Shown here in pieces: positions 63,076-64,000 of a stretch of DNA of 64,000 nt. The notes under the pieces are model-generated. The model saw nothing but the letters and a program-made list of their open reading frames with translations, ran no database searches and was not told the DNA's origin. The stretch covers positions 359,422 through 423,421 of the forward strand of contig MU053432.1 in the NCBI GenBank assembly GCA_013239625.1, read 5' to 3'. Position 1 is the stretch's first letter. The number at the start of each line of letters is the position of its first letter. Origin of the DNA: Lama guanicoe. Its lineage: Eukaryota. The translations under genes and the position numbers were made by a program.

Positions 63076-64000
63076 GCTTTCTGCTCCGGATGAGGGGAAG
63101 GGCATGGGATTCTGGTAGCTTCGGGCAGAGCCGACTCTTCCTCTACTGGTCGCCCGGCCTTTGATCATACGCCGCCTGGGAGACTTTGAGCCTAACGAAT
63201 AGACTGGCCTCAGAGTGACAACGTCCTGTCTGACTCTTTCCTGTTTCCCCACCCTGAGATCAATTGTTAATGGGGTCTCGACCCTTCTTCTTGCCCCCAC
63301 GGAAGGAATCCTATGCTGGAACACAGGCAACGTGATGAGCGCTGGGACAGGGGGCACACACCTGTTTCTAGGATCTCCACTCGACTAGTACTTGGGCAGA
63401 AAATGTCCCCGCCAGGATGGTGGCGGTGGCAGGAGGGTGAGAAGGCCTGGCCCTACCTGCCGAGGTGGATCTTGGAGTAGCCGCTTACAGAGAGCCCAAC
63501 CCACCTCCTCCTGTGGATATTTCCGAGATCAATTTCTAATGCTGGTGATTAATCACCATCCTGCGTGTGATGGGGAGGGAAGAGAAACATTCCTGTGGCT
63601 GCAGGTCTTCCCCCATGCCCGGCCATCCCAGCTCATCTTCAGGAGACCATGCTTAGGCTTGGTCTTCCTGCCTCCCCTCTCTCCCTATCAGTCCCTCCTC
63701 CCTCCTCAGACCTTCCCATGCTCAGGTGCTACAACCCCACCATCAGGATGCTCTGGAAATAATCCACCTGGGGTTCAACGTTGGGGTAGGGGTGATGTCA
63801 GCTAGGGCCTCAGTTACAGGCAGAAGGGATATTTCAGGGGAATGAACAAGGCTGGAAGGCAGAAAGGAACCTGGCATTTTAAGACACAGTTTCAAGTGCT
63901 TTGCATGGCCTAATCTTTACCATAACCTCATGAGATGCGACTTTAATTTCATTTTAAGGATAAAGAGACTGGATCAAAGAAGCCCATGATCATGTCATGG

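Overview
Gene-dense mammalian genomic window, read in reverse orientation relative to human 2p13.1. In order it holds the last exons of M1AP (+), then DOK1 (-), LOXL3 (+), HTRA2 (-), AUP1 (+), DQX1 (+), TLX2 (-), PCGF1 (+) and LBX2 (+). Exon chains were rebuilt by hand from splice sites, reading phase and recognised protein sequence. Repeats include ancient L1, L2, L3/CR1, MIR, LTR and hAT fragments, plus six young tRNA-derived SINE copies with target-site duplications (TSDs) that resemble the camelid vic-1 family, so the host is probably a camelid (inference). I found no wholly new multi-gene system. The most notable fine-scale observations: a premature TGA in DOK1 with the ancestral tail intact behind it; a 12-nt M1AP microexon carved from a MIR; a GC-AG intron in M1AP; an in-frame polybasic 57-nt cassette exon in LOXL3 intron 4; loss of the HTRA2 AVPS IAP-binding motif; a CaaX-ending, motif-degenerate DQX1; an orphan promoter-like module antisense to TLX2; a duplicated TLX2 splice donor; and a non-coding relic of the human LBX2 upstream exon. 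Comparisons with human proteins are from memory, not computed alignments, and repeat boundaries are approximate.
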